Positions 39,889-55,349 of a stretch of 64,000 bases of DNA are shown one piece after another. Numbering within the stretch: the stretch's first letter is position 1; every line of letters begins with the position of its first letter. The DNA is taken from NCBI GenBank assembly GCA_964016885.1, contig OZ024741.1:330460001-330524000 (forward strand), in the 5' to 3' direction. The DNA comes from Eledone cirrhosa (lineage: Eukaryota). The translations under genes were made by a program, and so were the position numbers. The notes below the pieces were generated by a model, which saw nothing but the letters and a program-made list of their open reading frames with translations, did not search any database and was not told where the DNA came from.

Positions 39889-42800
39889 CTACTTGGCAAA
39901 TAACTATATGTATCACCTATCCCCCCTTTTTTTCTCTTTCTCGATACGTAAATACTATATTACCGTGCTCCTTTTGTAGAGCATCTCACCTTATTTGCCA
40001 TTATGTTGGAGAACCAGCCGTTACCCATGTCTCTCAAGTGTATCCCCTTACCCAGCAGAAAAACCTACCTTAAACTGCTTATAGATGGTACTAATTCTGT
40101 TTATACGGAGAGTCAGATGGAAGGCCTACCACCTGGATAAGAACACCCGTAACCTTCCTGAACCCAAAGAGAAGTATGGCTTCAAAACATACCGAAACCC
40201 ACCTCACAACACCTTACTGGACTCCTTTGAAGAGGACCTGCTGAAAATGATCAAAAACGTTAAGCTCAGAAAGAAACACCAATGCAGCAATCCATTCTTA
40301 ACGTCCCTTGATACACTAATAACTAAGATCAAGAATGACCCGCACCTCTTCGTCACCTCCGACAAAACCAAAAAGCTGTACAAGATGGACGCGAGTGAGT
40401 ATAAAAAATTCAATCTATAAGGAACTACACAAAGACTACAAAAAGACACCCTCTAGTACCCTAAATGACATAAATAGAGTAGGGAAGGATATAGTCACCA
40501 GCTTAGAAATAGAAAAGTACACTAACCCATACGTCCCTCTGACGCCTAAATTCTCTTTTAAGGATCACAAATATGACTTTAATGAAAGCCCCTCTATTAG
40601 ACTAATATGCCCCTCTACATCAGATATAGGTAAGATTAGTAAAGTGATCCTCGACAGAGTACTACTCGAGCTTAATAGAAAGGCTAAAGTCTGCCTCTGG
40701 GGCAACACCGACCAGGTCATAAATTGGTTCACCGAGTTGCCAGATAAAGCCACCCTGAAATTCATCTAGTTTGATATAGATAGCTACTACGCCTCTATCT
40801 CCCCCATACTCTTAAATAAGGCACTTATCTTAGCTAGATCTAACACTAGCCTCACTAAAAAAGAAATAGACATAATTCTAGCGGCACGTAGAACCATTAT
40901 CCAGTTCGAAGACTTCCACTGGACCAGAACCAACCGTCCTGATAACTTCGATGTCACGATGGGGTCTAGTGACTCAGCGCAAGCAACTGACCTGGTCGGG
41001 ATATACCTCCTACATAAGCTTAGGGAAGAAATACCGGCCCTACAAGGAGGTGTATATAGGGACGACGCCCTGTTTACCGTTAGGAACCATAGCCCCCGTA
41101 GGATAGAGAACCTTAACAAACATATACACAGTTTCTTTAAGTCATACGGCCTATCCGTAACTATGGACCTCAACCACAGGGTTGTCAACTTCCTGGACGT
41201 GACCCTGGAGTTGAGTACGGGCTTATACAAGCCATACCATAAGCCTGGAGAGTGCCTCTCTTATATTAATTATGCCTCCAACCACCCTAAGCAGACTCTC
41301 AACTCCATAGTCTATAGTATCTCACATAGAATCTCGAGGCTATCCGCCAATGAGGATATCTTCAACCAAGCGGCTGATTACTACAATAGGGCCCTGATAA
41401 GCGCCGGCTTTAACCGAGGAATTTCCTACATCCCTAACGCTAGCTCTAGAAACCACCCCCCTCATAAAACTAACGTTATAGTAAGCCATACCTATAACCG
41501 ATCACGCGGCGACCTCGTTGAAGTCGGATATAATAGAATAGATAACCGCACCAAAGATCACGCCCCCGGCGACGGTGAACACTGTGGATTACTCAAACTA
41601 TTCCCCTATTACAAAACCAACAAAGGCGACGGCCTACTACCAACGCCTTCCAACCAACATCTTCGTGTACATAAACATGGAAGAAGTAGAAAGAGTGCAC
41701 CCGAGCATAAAGTGAAAGGGGCACCGAACGGGCGACTGCGCATTAACACACATAAGAGCGATCACTTAGATGGAACCACCCGTAGCAAAAGTACAAGGAC
41801 ACGTAATCGCCACCGTAACGTCCTATGGTTCCACCCCCTCTACTCTCGGAGTGAGGCCTCCAACATACCCCGGATGTTCTTCGAAGCCTTAGAGAAGAAC
41901 TTCCCGCCCAACCATAGGTATAGAAAAATTCTTAATAGGAACAATATAAAAATATCCTTCTCTACTACTCCTAACCTAGCAGACATCATAGGAACAACGA
42001 ACCACAGTAAGATCACCAAGACACAGCACCTCGACACAGACGCACCTACACCTGACAATAACTATATCGGCCTTAACAACTCCCTGGCAGCATCCAATAG
42101 TGTTGGCAACGGCATCCGCAGACGCAACCAGAATGACCGCGAAATGACTGGGGAACATGCAGAACATGACGTGCGGAATAACAATCACACCACCCCGCGT
42201 GCTGTTGGTTGTAATTGTGCTAACGACAGCTGTGGTAGCGTAGGTAACAACGTAGGCAGCAACAATGATAGCCTTACCGTGGGAAATAGACGGAACCATG
42301 ACAGAAATTGCAACTGCCGCGACAGAGGACGCTGCCCCCTTAGAGGATACTGCTTGACTGATAGGGTTATATATAGATGCACTATTACTAGCCACAATAG
42401 CGTTAAACATTATATAGGGGCCGCCTCCGGCCCGTTCAAAATTAGGTTTCGAACACATATCCACTCTTTCACAAATAGAAAACTAAGGCACTCCACTTCG
42501 CTCGCGGACTACATCACATCACTAAAGGACTTAAACATCAGCTTCTCCACGCACTGGGAGATTGTCGGCAGGGCTGCACCGTACAACTTCAAGAGGAAAT
42601 GCGATCTTTGCCTCATGGAGCTCTACCACATCATAACTGCACCCCACGAGCTCATCAACAGCAGAGCTGAAACAGCGATAAGTTGTACACATCGCTTAAA
42701 AATATCCTTCTTCAGATGGGTTAAGGATGAAGAGTGAAATAGTACACTGGATCTCCCTGCAACAAGTCTTAACACCCCGGAGGGCAGGCGCTGCAAAATA

Positions 42801-43283
42801 ACACCCAGGAAACAATCCTTGCATACCAGACCCAGCCTCAGACAAACGGATGCGGCAAAAAAAAAAACTTGTCCGGGAAAGACTGCCCTAACACCGGCCA
42901 GAGTTACCTCCCGTGACCTGCTGCAAAATCAAAACAAGATATTTTTGCGAGCAATGAACCTTGATGTGGATTTAACCCCCAAAACTCTTTCCGAGCAATA
43001 TAAGGAACACTTGTGATTATTTATGCCCTTGAGAAGCCCAACTGGGCGAAACGTATGTAGGTGATATTTTAAATAAACATGTTTTAACGGTCTATTATCC
43101 GATTTTTTACTTTCCCACGTGCTTACGCTCTGCTAACTCTCTAGCCCACTAAATATTAACACTTCGAATATTTAATACTGCCGGCACTATATCGAGCACC
43201 TTTGGCATACGCTACTTGGCAAATAACTATATGTATCACCTATCCCCCCTTTTTTTCTCTTTCTCGATACGTAAATACTATAT
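39884..43283 (+). mobile_element. Full-length Naiad-type Penelope-like element with partial direct terminal repeat
   Basis: ORF from ATG 40003 (SLKCIPLPS..FIRRVRWKA) through RT (DIDSYY, MGS, YRDD, NFLDVT) to GIY-YIG ending 42737. Two frameshifts and a TAG at 40767. 39884-39960 is repeated at 43208-43283. Confidence 0.92.
43022..43066 (+). ncRNA. Minimal hammerhead, U3-A8 variant (second Naiad copy)
   Basis: TTGAGAA-GCCC(AACT)GGGC-GAAA-CGTATG-TA-GG. Confidence 0.65.
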
Positions 43284-43286
43284 ATG

Positions 43287-43321
<35 letters not shown>

Positions 43322-43350
43322 GTATATATGTATATATATATGTATATATG

Positions 43351-43425
<75 letters not shown>

Positions 43426-43462
43426 GTATATATATATGTATATATATATATATATGTATATA

Positions 43463-45817
43463 AAGTAGATGAGGCAGCTAAGGCCAAGAGACAGGCATGG
43501 AAAGAATGGAAGAACGGGGGAAGCAGGGTACATTACATAGAGACCAAGAGGGAAGCTAAGCGTCAAGTATACTTACCTAGGAGGGAAGCAGAGGATAGAA
43601 AATTCAAGCATGTTTTGCAACGTGAGGACCAGAAACAGGAGGTGTTCAAGATTGCGAGGCAGTGTGTAAGAGAGAATTGTCATGTCATTAGAGAGAAGTG
43701 TATCCGGAATGATAAAGGTGAGCTTGCCCTCACAAGTGCTGAGAAGAAAGATGCATGGAAGAGCCATTATGATAGATTACTAAATGAGGAGAATGCATAG
43801 GAAGAAGAGACCCTACCCCAAGTAGACCCTATAGAGGGGTCAGCAGTACAAGTCAGCAGCAGCATAGTAAGTAAGGCAATCAAAGGTATGAAGATGGGGA
43901 AGGCAACCGGTCCATCGGGTATAGCTGCCGAGATGCTGAAGGCATCTGGGTCTGTAGGTCACACTATAACCACACGTATTGTTAACCAGGTAATACTAGA
44001 AGGTGTCATACCAAAAGATTGGTGCAGTAGCATCATTGTCAACTGCTACAAAGGTAAAGGTGATGCACTAGATAGAGGAAACTATAGAAGTATAAAGCTG
44101 ATGGACCAGGTCATGAAAGTAACAGAAAGAGTTATAGCACAGTTGATTAGGGATCGGGTGAAACTAGATGAGATGCAATTTGGGTTTGTACCAGGAAGAG
44201 GCACCACTGATGCCCTCTTCCTTGTGAGGCAGTTACAGGAAAAGTACCTAGCTAAAAGTAAGCCAATCTACCAGGCATTCGTCGATCTCGAGAAAGCCTT
44301 TGAAAGAGTTCCACGTGCTATAATCTGGTGGGCTCTTAGAAAACTAGGAGTAGATGAATGGCTTGTGAAAGCGGTACAAGCCATGTATAGGGGAGCAGTC
44401 AGCAAAGTTAGGATTAGCAATGAGTATAGCGAGGAATTTAGCGTACAGGTTGGTGTCCACCAGGGCTCTATTCTTAGCCCTCTCCTGTTCATCATAGTCG
44501 TGCAGGCAATAACGGAGGAGTTTAAGACTGGATGCCCATGGGAACTCCTGTATGCAGATGACCTCGCACTTATAGCTGAATCTATGGTAGAACTAGAGAA
44601 GAAATTCCAAACTTGGAAGCAGGGACTAGAAAGAAAGGGTTTCAAAGTCAACATGACAAAGACTAAGGTCCTTGTAAGTAGACGAGAAAACAGAACCCAG
44701 ATCTCCCCAGGGAAATAGCCTTGCTCAGTATGTAGGAAAGGTGTAGGTAGGAACTCCATTCTCTGCCCCAAAGGCAAACAATGGGTACACAAGAGATGTA
44801 GCGGGATCTCAGGAAGCTTAATTAAGAATGTAGGCTTCACATGTAGCAGCTGTGCTGGGACAGCAAGCAGCAAACAGCCACAGGAAACAAGTACCACCAA
44901 TCTCTGGGAGGGCTCTGTAGAAACAGTAGACAGCTTCTGCTACCTAGGTGACCGAATTAGCAGCGGAGGTGGGTGTTCAGAAAGTACAATAACTAGGGTA
45001 AGAACGGGATGGAAGAAGTTCAGGGAACTACTGCTACTGCTAGCTGCAAAAGGATTCTCCCTCAAAATGAAAGGCAGACTGCATGATGCATGTATCCGAA
45101 CAGTAATGTTACATGGTAGTGAGACCTGGGCGCTGAAGGTGGAAGACTTACGCAGATTAGAAAGAAACGAAGCCTGCATGCTGCGATGGATGTGTAATAG
45201 TAATATACGCGAACGGCAAAGCATAAATGAATTGAGAGAGAGACTGAGCATAAGAGGAATCAAATTCTGTGTGCATCAGTGGCGGTTGCGTTGGTATGGA
45301 CATGTGATGCGTATGAAGGATGACAGCTGCATAAAAAGGTTCAGAGCACTAGAAGTCAATGGAAACCGCGGAGTGGGGAGACCCAAGAAGACCTGGGATG
45401 AGGTGATAAAAGCCGACCTTACCCAATTTCACCTCTCAAAGGCAATGACACATGACCGTGACCTCTGGCTTCATGCAGTAATACAGAGTACCTGACCTCC
45501 CATGGGTACAAGCTGAAGCATATAGACAATATGCCCCCACACCCTCCCACTGCAAAGTGGTAGTGGAGGTGCAACGGCAAAAAAGCACCCAGCCCACACT
45601 GTAAAGTGGACGTGTAGGCACCACGGAAAAAAAGCACCCAGCACTCACTGTAAATGAAGTTGGTGTTAGGAAGGGCATCCAGCTGTAGAAATCAAGTCAA
45701 AATCAGTTCCTGTATGAGCAAGGCATGGTCAGCCGACCAGGCACTGCCCACAACAGGACAACCCGTCTAACCCATGCTAGCATGGAAGAACGGACGTAAA
45801 ACGGTGATGATGATGAT
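43463..45817 (+). mobile_element. 5'-truncated RTE family-B copy with nonsense mutations
   Basis: Colinear with 9411-11491; TGG>TAG stops at about 43798 and 44716; (GAT)n tail. Confidence 0.95.
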
Positions 45818-45823
45818 ATATAT

Positions 45824-46617
45824 AGGAGAGTTAGGGCCAAAAAGGTGTCGGATGCTGAATTTGCCGACGTCATAGTTTTGGTGACAAATACAGTGAAGGA
45901 GGCAGAGGATTTGATGCAGGAGGTTGAGACTGTGTCGATGAGTGTGGGGCTGAGAATGAATGAGACTAAAACAAAATAACTGGTAGAGAATGTTGAGAAG
46001 CCAGAGGGGATAACTAATGTAGGCGGGAAGCCGCTGGAATTGGTTGAGGACTTCCTGTATTTGGGAGCAAAGATTGGGAATACGGAAGATGATGTGGTTG
46101 AGAGGAAGAGCAAGGCCTGGGCGGCGTGCCACAGCTTGAGATCGGTGTGGAAGTCGGACCTTCGTAGAGACCTGAAAGTCCGCCTCTTCATTGCTGTAGT
46201 GGAGTCTGTGCTGCTGTATGGGTCTGAGACTTGGACACTGACCATGAAACTCACTCAGATGGTGGATGGGTGCTACACGAGAATGCTGAGGATGGCTCTG
46301 AACATTAATCAGTATACACTGAAGATGAAAAACTCAGAGCTGTATGGGAGCATCCCAAAAGTCAGCTCAAAAGTGACACAGAGGAGACTGACGTTAGCTG
46401 GACATGCTCACCGACATCCAGAGTTGACATTGCACTCAGTGCTCCTTTGGGAGCCCCTACATGGACACACTAGAAGAGGAAGACCAAGGTTAACGTATGT
46501 TGATGCCCTAAGGACAGACACTGTCTGTTGGAGACGCAGGACATGGCAGCGATAATGAGGGACAGAGACCGCTGGAGAGAACTCGTCCATGGATCTCGGG
46601 AATTTTACCCGCCTTAG
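45824..46617 (+). mobile_element. RTE family-D 3' fragment
   Basis: Reverse complement of 19820-20615 with substitutions. Confidence 0.92.
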
Positions 46618-47440
46618 ATAGATAGATATATATGTATATAATAATATTTATATTTATATTTATATATGATTGATATAAATATGTAGGGTAGTACTAAGTA
46701 CTAGCCAGTTACCGGTATGACAAAAGGCTCAATGCAAATTTTAAATTAAAAAACCTAACGGTTTACCAACAGCTTAATAACGGTTAATACAAACCCTAGA
46801 AAAGATAATTTGCAGATAAAAAATGCATAAGATAATATACCTACAATAACATGGCCAGTAATTCGGAGGAATTTACATTTAACAAACAAACACCTATTGA
46901 CTATAAATAATCCCATGGTTAATAGCTGTGAGTAACAAACAACACATACACATAAATACGAACTACAACACAAAAACACTTAAATGAGAATCACATACCC
47001 AACTCTATCATGTGCTTTACATTACACCTTACATAAAAAATACCTACATTATCACCACATGCCTCTCTAACAAATTGCACACTATCTTAAACATTTATAA
47101 CAAATATAACATGCTTTAACACCCCACACAAAATATGTTTATTTCAACTGCATTATAACTCTTTCCTCATACATGCCTTATTGACTGTATTGACTCCTAC
47201 ATTGTACACCAATTGTCCTTGCTTATAACTTCTTTGCCTGTGTTTTTTTGCTTGTGATTTTTACTTTTACTTACACCTATTACACTTCCAACCAGTTCTG
47301 CCTGTAATTGTGTTATTTCAAGCGGAACATCTTTTTAACTCCTGACTCTCCACATGATGCCTTTGACACTAATAACAATTATGTACCCTAAATGTTCTAA
47401 ATGACTACGATTCTAGTTACACGTTTTCGACATTCCTTAT

Positions 47441-47485
47441 GCTCCGATGATTCCAGACTTCCCTCTGGAAGAAACAATTGTCAGC
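47441..47485 (+). ncRNA. Minimal hammerhead, U4C core
   Basis: GCT-CCGATGA-TTCCAGA(CTTCCC)TCTGGAA-GAAA-CAATTG-TC-AGC. Confidence 0.8.
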
Positions 47486-47766
47486 TGATAAATGTTCTAA
47501 ACTAAAATTTGATCGTTTTAACACTTTGTATATATGTATATATATATGTATATATGTATATATAGTATTAAGGATACTATTTATGGTTATGTATATACTA
47601 AAACCTTTTATAGTTATATATATTTTAAACCCTAAATAGTGAAAGACAGTAATTTATTACTATCTTATTACCAGTAAGATAAATAGCTCAATGTAACAAC
47701 ATCAGTTGTTTTACAGAGCAGTTATATAGAAATTACATGAATCAAAGTTCTGTTTAAATCATTTAT

Positions 47767-47815
47767 TTGCTTACAATTGTTTCTTGCAAACCGAGGTTTG
47801 AAGTCTTCGGAGCAA
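47767..47815 (-). ncRNA. Minimal hammerhead, U4C core
   Basis: UUGCU-CCGAAGA-CUUCAAACC(UC)GGUUUGCAA-GAAA-CAAUUG-UA-AGCAA. Confidence 0.7.
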
Positions 47816-48310
47816 TTATTCAGTGATTTTTTACATACTTGACCTCCTTTTCAATACAAGAGACATATAGAAACATATGTATATATTGACCCACAGTGGG
47901 TTGACATCCATTATAATAATATAGCATGGCAATTTACATACAAAGATTACAGTCATATTAAAGGACAAAATTAAAGTTAAAATTACAATAAAACATTGTT
48001 TTACATGTAACAATCTGCCGCACTATAATCTTGTATAAATAGGACACGCGTGCATGCCTCACGTGTGACTGTTGCATACACTGGCTACTCCAAACTATCC
48101 TCTTGCTTTATCTTCGTAAACTGCCAATGTTTTATTTTAATTTTAATTTTAACTTGAATTTTGTCCTTTAATATGACTGTAATCTTTGTATGTAAATTGC
48201 CATGCTATATTATTATAATGGATGTCAACCCACTGTGGGTCAATATATACATATGTTTCTATATGTCTCTTGTATTGAAAAGGTCAAGTATGTAAAAAAT
48301 CACTGAATAA

Positions 48311-48359
48311 TTGCTCCGAAGACTCCAAACCTCGGTTTGGAAGAAACAATTGTAAGCAA
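48311..48359 (+). ncRNA. Minimal hammerhead, U4C core
   Basis: TTGCT-CCGAAGA-CTCCAAACC(TC)GGTTTGGAA-GAAA-CAATTG-TA-AGCAA. Confidence 0.78.
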
Positions 48360-48479
48360 ATAAATGATTTAAACAGAACTTTGATTCATGTAATTTCTAT
48401 ATGTATATATATATGTATATATGTATATGTATATGTATATATATATATGTATATATATATGTATATATGTATATATATG

Positions 48480-48787
48480 GGAGGCACATGGAGGCACATG
48501 GCTTAGTTGTTAGAGCATTGGTCTTGACATCGAAAGGTTGTGAGTTCAATTCTCAGACCGGGTGATGTGTTGTTTCCAGCTGTAGAAATGAGATGATAGG
48601 TCCCTATCATTCCACTGCAAAGTGGTCGTGTAGGTGCCACAGCAAAAAAGCACCCAGCACACACTGTAAATGAGGTTGGTGTTAGGAAGGGCATCCAGCT
48701 GTAGAAATCAAGCCAGAATCAGTTCCCGTCCCACCCTTGCAAGCAGGGAAAAGCGGACGTAAAATGAAATGATGATGAAATGATGAT
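48480..48787 (+). mobile_element. tRNA-derived SINE with internal deletion and RTE family-A tail
   Basis: Duplicated GGAGGCACAT start, A and B boxes, tail GGAAAAGCGGACGTAAAATGAAATGATG. Confidence 0.9.
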
Positions 48788-48898
48788 ACATGTATATATA
48801 TGTGTACATATATATATATATATATATACATGTGTATATATATATATATATATACCTGTGTATATATATATATATATATATACATGTATATACATGTG

Positions 48899-48930
<32 letters not shown>

Positions 48931-48934
48931 CATG

Positions 48935-49298
48935 TATCATCATCATCATCATCATCACCGTTTTACGTCCGTTCTTCCACGCTAGCATGGGTTAAACGGG
49001 TTGTCCTGTTGTGGGCATATGTATATATATACAGGAACTGATTTGGATTGATTTCTACAGCTGGATGCCCTTCCTAACACCAACCTCATTTACAGTGAGT
49101 GCTGGGTGCTTTTTCGTGGCGCCTACACGTCCACTTTACAGTGGGGGCTGGGTGATTTTTTGCCGTGGCACCTCCACGACCACCTTGCGGTGGGGGGTGT
49201 GGCGGGATATTGTCTTGTACCCATGGGAGGTCGGGTACTCTGTATCACTGCCTTTGAGAGGTGTAATTGGGTAAGGTCGGCTTTTATCACCTCATCCC
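48935..49298 (-). mobile_element. RTE family-B 3' fragments
   Basis: Matches 11068-11490 with deletions. Confidence 0.85.
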
Positions 49299-49318
49299 GT
49301 ATATATATATATATATAC

Positions 49319-49653
49319 ATCATCATTTCATTTTACGTCCGCTTTTTCCCTGCTTGCAAGGGTGGGACGGGAACTGATTCTGGCTTGATTTCTACAGCTG
49401 GATGCCCTTCCTAACAGCAACCTCATTTACAGTGAGTGCTGGGTGCTTTTTTTGCTGTGGCACCTCCACAACCACTTTGCAGTGGAGTGATATGGACCCC
49501 AGTCCCTATCATCTCATTTTTACAGCTGAGTAAACTGGAGCAATGTGAAATAAAGTGTCTTGCTCAAGGAAACAACACATCACCCGGTTTGAGAATAGAA
49601 CTCACAACCTTTCGATTGCAAGGCCAATGCTCTAACCACTAAGCCATGTGCCT

Positions 49654-49655
<2 letters not shown>
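49319..49655 (-). mobile_element. tRNA-derived SINE with RTE family-A tail
   Basis: As 15468-15813. Confidence 0.9.
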
Positions 49656-51750
<2,095 letters not shown>

Positions 51751-51887
51751 GTATACTAGGGAGAGGATCAGGGGTGTATAACACTCCACTTATCCAGCAG
51801 GCAGTATAAGGTTAGCTCGATGTCTGAGGACAGAGCCTTGATATAATAAATAACAAAGAACGCCTATAGCATATGCATATCTTTACT

Positions 51888-51933
51888 TGCTAACATTGTT
51901 TCATCCGCACTATAAGTGGGACTCATCAGAGCA
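51888..51933 (-). ncRNA. Minimal hammerhead ribozyme
   Basis: UGCU-CUGAUGA-GUCCCAC(UUAUA)GUGCGGAU-GAAA-CAAUG-UU-AGCA. Confidence 0.8.
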
Positions 51934-52687
51934 TAAAGGTTAATTACATACCACACAAGCAATAACAAATCCAAGACATTGAAGAATGAAAAATAATAGA
52001 AGATAAAGGATATTAAGGAAGTAAAAGTAAAAATAAAAATAAAAATAAAAATAAAAATAAAAATAAAAATAATAAAATAAACAATGAAAAATAAGGGGTG
52101 CTATCAGTCACAGTTGGGCGGGGTGCTGTCAACATATAGTTACATACAAGCATACACATGGATAAGAGAACAGACAAGAGTAGATAAGATAGATAGGATT
52201 AGGTAAGAGTAGGTAAAAAATAGGTGAAAAACAGACTTATAATATATATAAGAAAATATAAAAAAATATAACAAACATACATATAAAATATAAAATATAC
52301 AGATAATAGTGATACAGGGTAAGGAATGAAATAAAATAATATAAAATTAAAATTAAAATTATATAAAATAGAACATAATATAATATAATCACAAAATAAG
52401 ATAAAATAAGGTTAACTGAAATAAAATAAAATAAAATAATATAAGATAAGATATAATTAAATGTAATATTTTCCTCTTGCCCCCACCGAATATTAAGCTC
52501 TTTCTTCTACTTTAAACCTATTAGCTAGCACTTCCTTATTTCTCCAGTTGGGCTATCTTGTGTAACTGTCTCTGATTGTGTGTAACTGTCTCCTATTGTT
52601 TGTCTTCTATGTATATGAGTCGGTGAGTGTATACGTATGCCTGCGGGAGGATATTGATCTGGATATTGGGGTGTACAGGTGTACACG

Positions 52688-53789
52688 ATGAGTTTCATCG
52701 GGTATTCTTGTTTTTTAAGGAATTTTTTCAGGTCACATAATCTTTTTTCTTGTAGTACGGGGTGTGTTGCTATAGTGCAGATGCGCCTTGCCATGTTGAA
52801 GGGAATGTTCCTTTTCGTATGTGAGGGGTGTGCTGACTATGGAATGTAACGAAAAGGAACTGCCCTTTCTAGATATCCTCATCATTAAAGAAGGGGAAAA
52901 TATCATAACGGACCTATTTTGCAAACCCACTGACACACACCAATACTTAAATTTCCGGTCAGCACACCCCTCACATACGAAAAGGAACATTCCCTTCAAC
53001 ATGGCAAGGCGCATCTGCACTATAGCAACACACCCCGTACTACAAGAAAAAAGATTATGTGACCTGAAAAAATTCCTTAAAAAACAAGAATACCCGATGA
53101 AACTCATCAACGCAGCCATCTCCAAGGCTAAGAACATCCCAATAACAACACTGAGAAAACCAAACCCACAACATAAAAAAGAAAACCCTGCTATCTCTTT
53201 TGTCATCCCTCACAACCCAGGGAACATCAACATTGTGAAAACTGCTAAGCAGTATCTCCCGATTCTACAGCAATCTACCAAAATGAATGCACTCTTAAAA
53301 AACACACAGATAATTTATAGCAGACGCCAAGCACCCAACCTTAAAAAACTAATTACCAAGACAAAATTTACGACCAACATGGAATCAATGCAAGTGACGA
53401 AATGCGGGGACCCTAGATGTGGAACCTGTGAACTCATCGAAGAGGGCAAACAGTTGTCCTTCAAAAACCATGATAATTTCAAGGTCAATGCTAACATGAA
53501 CTGCAAAACGAAAAACCTAATATATTGCGCAACATGTCCACAGTGTAAAGAGTATTACATTGGGGAAACCGGAACGGGATTACATGATAGAGTCCGGGTA
53601 CATAAACAACAGATTAAAGACCCCACAGTCAGAAATACCACATGTAGAGCACACTTTGCATCATGCGGGAAGGGAAAATTCACAATCTTCCCTTTCTTCA
53701 AGATATGGTCGGATAACGAACATTTCCGCAGATATAAAGAAGAATTCTTCATTGAAAAATTTAAACCACTACTGAACACGAAAAAATGA
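52688..53789 (+). mobile_element. 5'-truncated PLE (Neptune-like RT thumb plus GIY-YIG) with an inverted 5' duplication
   Basis: LPFLDI..KPTDTHQYL..SAHP, KCGDPRCGTC, IYCATCPQC..YIGET..R..H..LN. 52688-52837 is the reverse complement of 52958-53108. Confidence 0.9.
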
Positions 53790-53874
53790 ATTAACACTCG
53801 GAGGTAAAATTCCATTTCACTACCCCCCCCCCTCTTCTTATGTATACACATGAATATCTGAATGAACGGTGAGA

Positions 53875-53946
53875 CACACACATATATGTGTGTAGGGATG
53901 TATGGATGTATGTACGTGTGGGTATATATGTATGTGGGTGTGTGTA

Positions 53947-53977
<31 letters not shown>

Positions 53978-54000
53978 GTATGGATGTGTGTATGTTTGTA

Positions 54001-54050
<50 letters not shown>

Positions 54051-54124
54051 TGTATGTGTGTATGTGTGTATATATGTGTATATGTACATGTATGTATGTG
54101 TATGTTTGTATATATATATGTGTG

Positions 54125-54167
<43 letters not shown>

Positions 54168-54464
54168 ATAGATATGTATGTTTATGTGTGTGTGTATGTA
54201 TGTGTATGTACCTATATATATGTGTGTGTGTGTGTATGTATGTGCATATATGTATATATGTGTGTACATATGTGTATGTTTCTGTTTGTGTATATGTATG
54301 TATCTAGATGTATGTGTATATGTATGTATATATATGTATATATATGTGTATGTGTATATGTGTCTTTATGTGCTCGTGAGTACGCACATATATATATATG
54401 TATATATGTATGTGTGTATGTATGTGTGTGTATGTTTATATATATGTATATATATATGTATGTA

Positions 54465-54529
<65 letters not shown>

Positions 54530-54878
54530 ATGTATGTACCTGTATGTGTATGTATGTATGTGTGTATGTGTATGTGTATGTATGTGTATATATATATATA
54601 TATATATGTGTGTATATGTATGTGTATATATGTGTATATGGATATGTATGTATGTGTATATGTATGTGTATGTGTGTATGTGTCTGTATGTGTTTATGTG
54701 TACATATGTGTATGTGTATGTGTATGTATGTGTATATATATATATATATGTATATATATATGTATGTGTGTGTGTGTATGCCTCTCTCTTTATATGTGTA
54801 TATATATATAGATGTATGTGTATATGTGTGTGTGTGTATGCATGTATGTGTGAACGGAGGGGTATATATACGGACATA

Positions 54879-54922
<44 letters not shown>

Positions 54923-55140
54923 CACGTGCGTGTGTGTGTGTGGGGGTGTGTGTATGTGTGCGTGTATGTGTATATATGTATATTTAGTTATGTATCTTTA
55001 TGTGTGTATATGTATGTATATGTATGTATGTATATGTATGTATATATGTATATATATATATATGTGTGTGTGTGTATATATATATGTGTGTGTGTGTATG
55101 TGTGTGTATGTGTATATGTATATATATATATATATATATG
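53875..55140. repeat. (TG)/(TA) low-complexity tract
   Basis: Direct reading. Confidence 0.95.
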
Positions 55141-55269
55141 CACAGTTTTATTTAAATTGTTGGGTTAACAACGAGTAAATATTTATAACTGATATAAAAG
55201 CACTCAACAAGTATTTGGAGTATATTTACGATATTAAATAAATGGAAACTATATTTATAAAACCATATT

Positions 55270-55349
55270 TACTTCATTATATATATTTCAGGGATATCAT
55301 ATTAAAAATATCATATTAAAAATATGTTATGCCTTCTTCAGACAAAATA
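55270..55349 (-). ncRNA. Hammerhead in the sense terminal repeat
   Basis: Reverse complement of 58849-58914, with a short duplication in loop II. Confidence 0.7.

Larger units (their letters stand above)
47725..48402. repeat. ~250-bp inverted repeat of the CCGAAGA-hammerhead family
   Basis: 47725-47972 versus 48157-48402. Confidence 0.9.
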
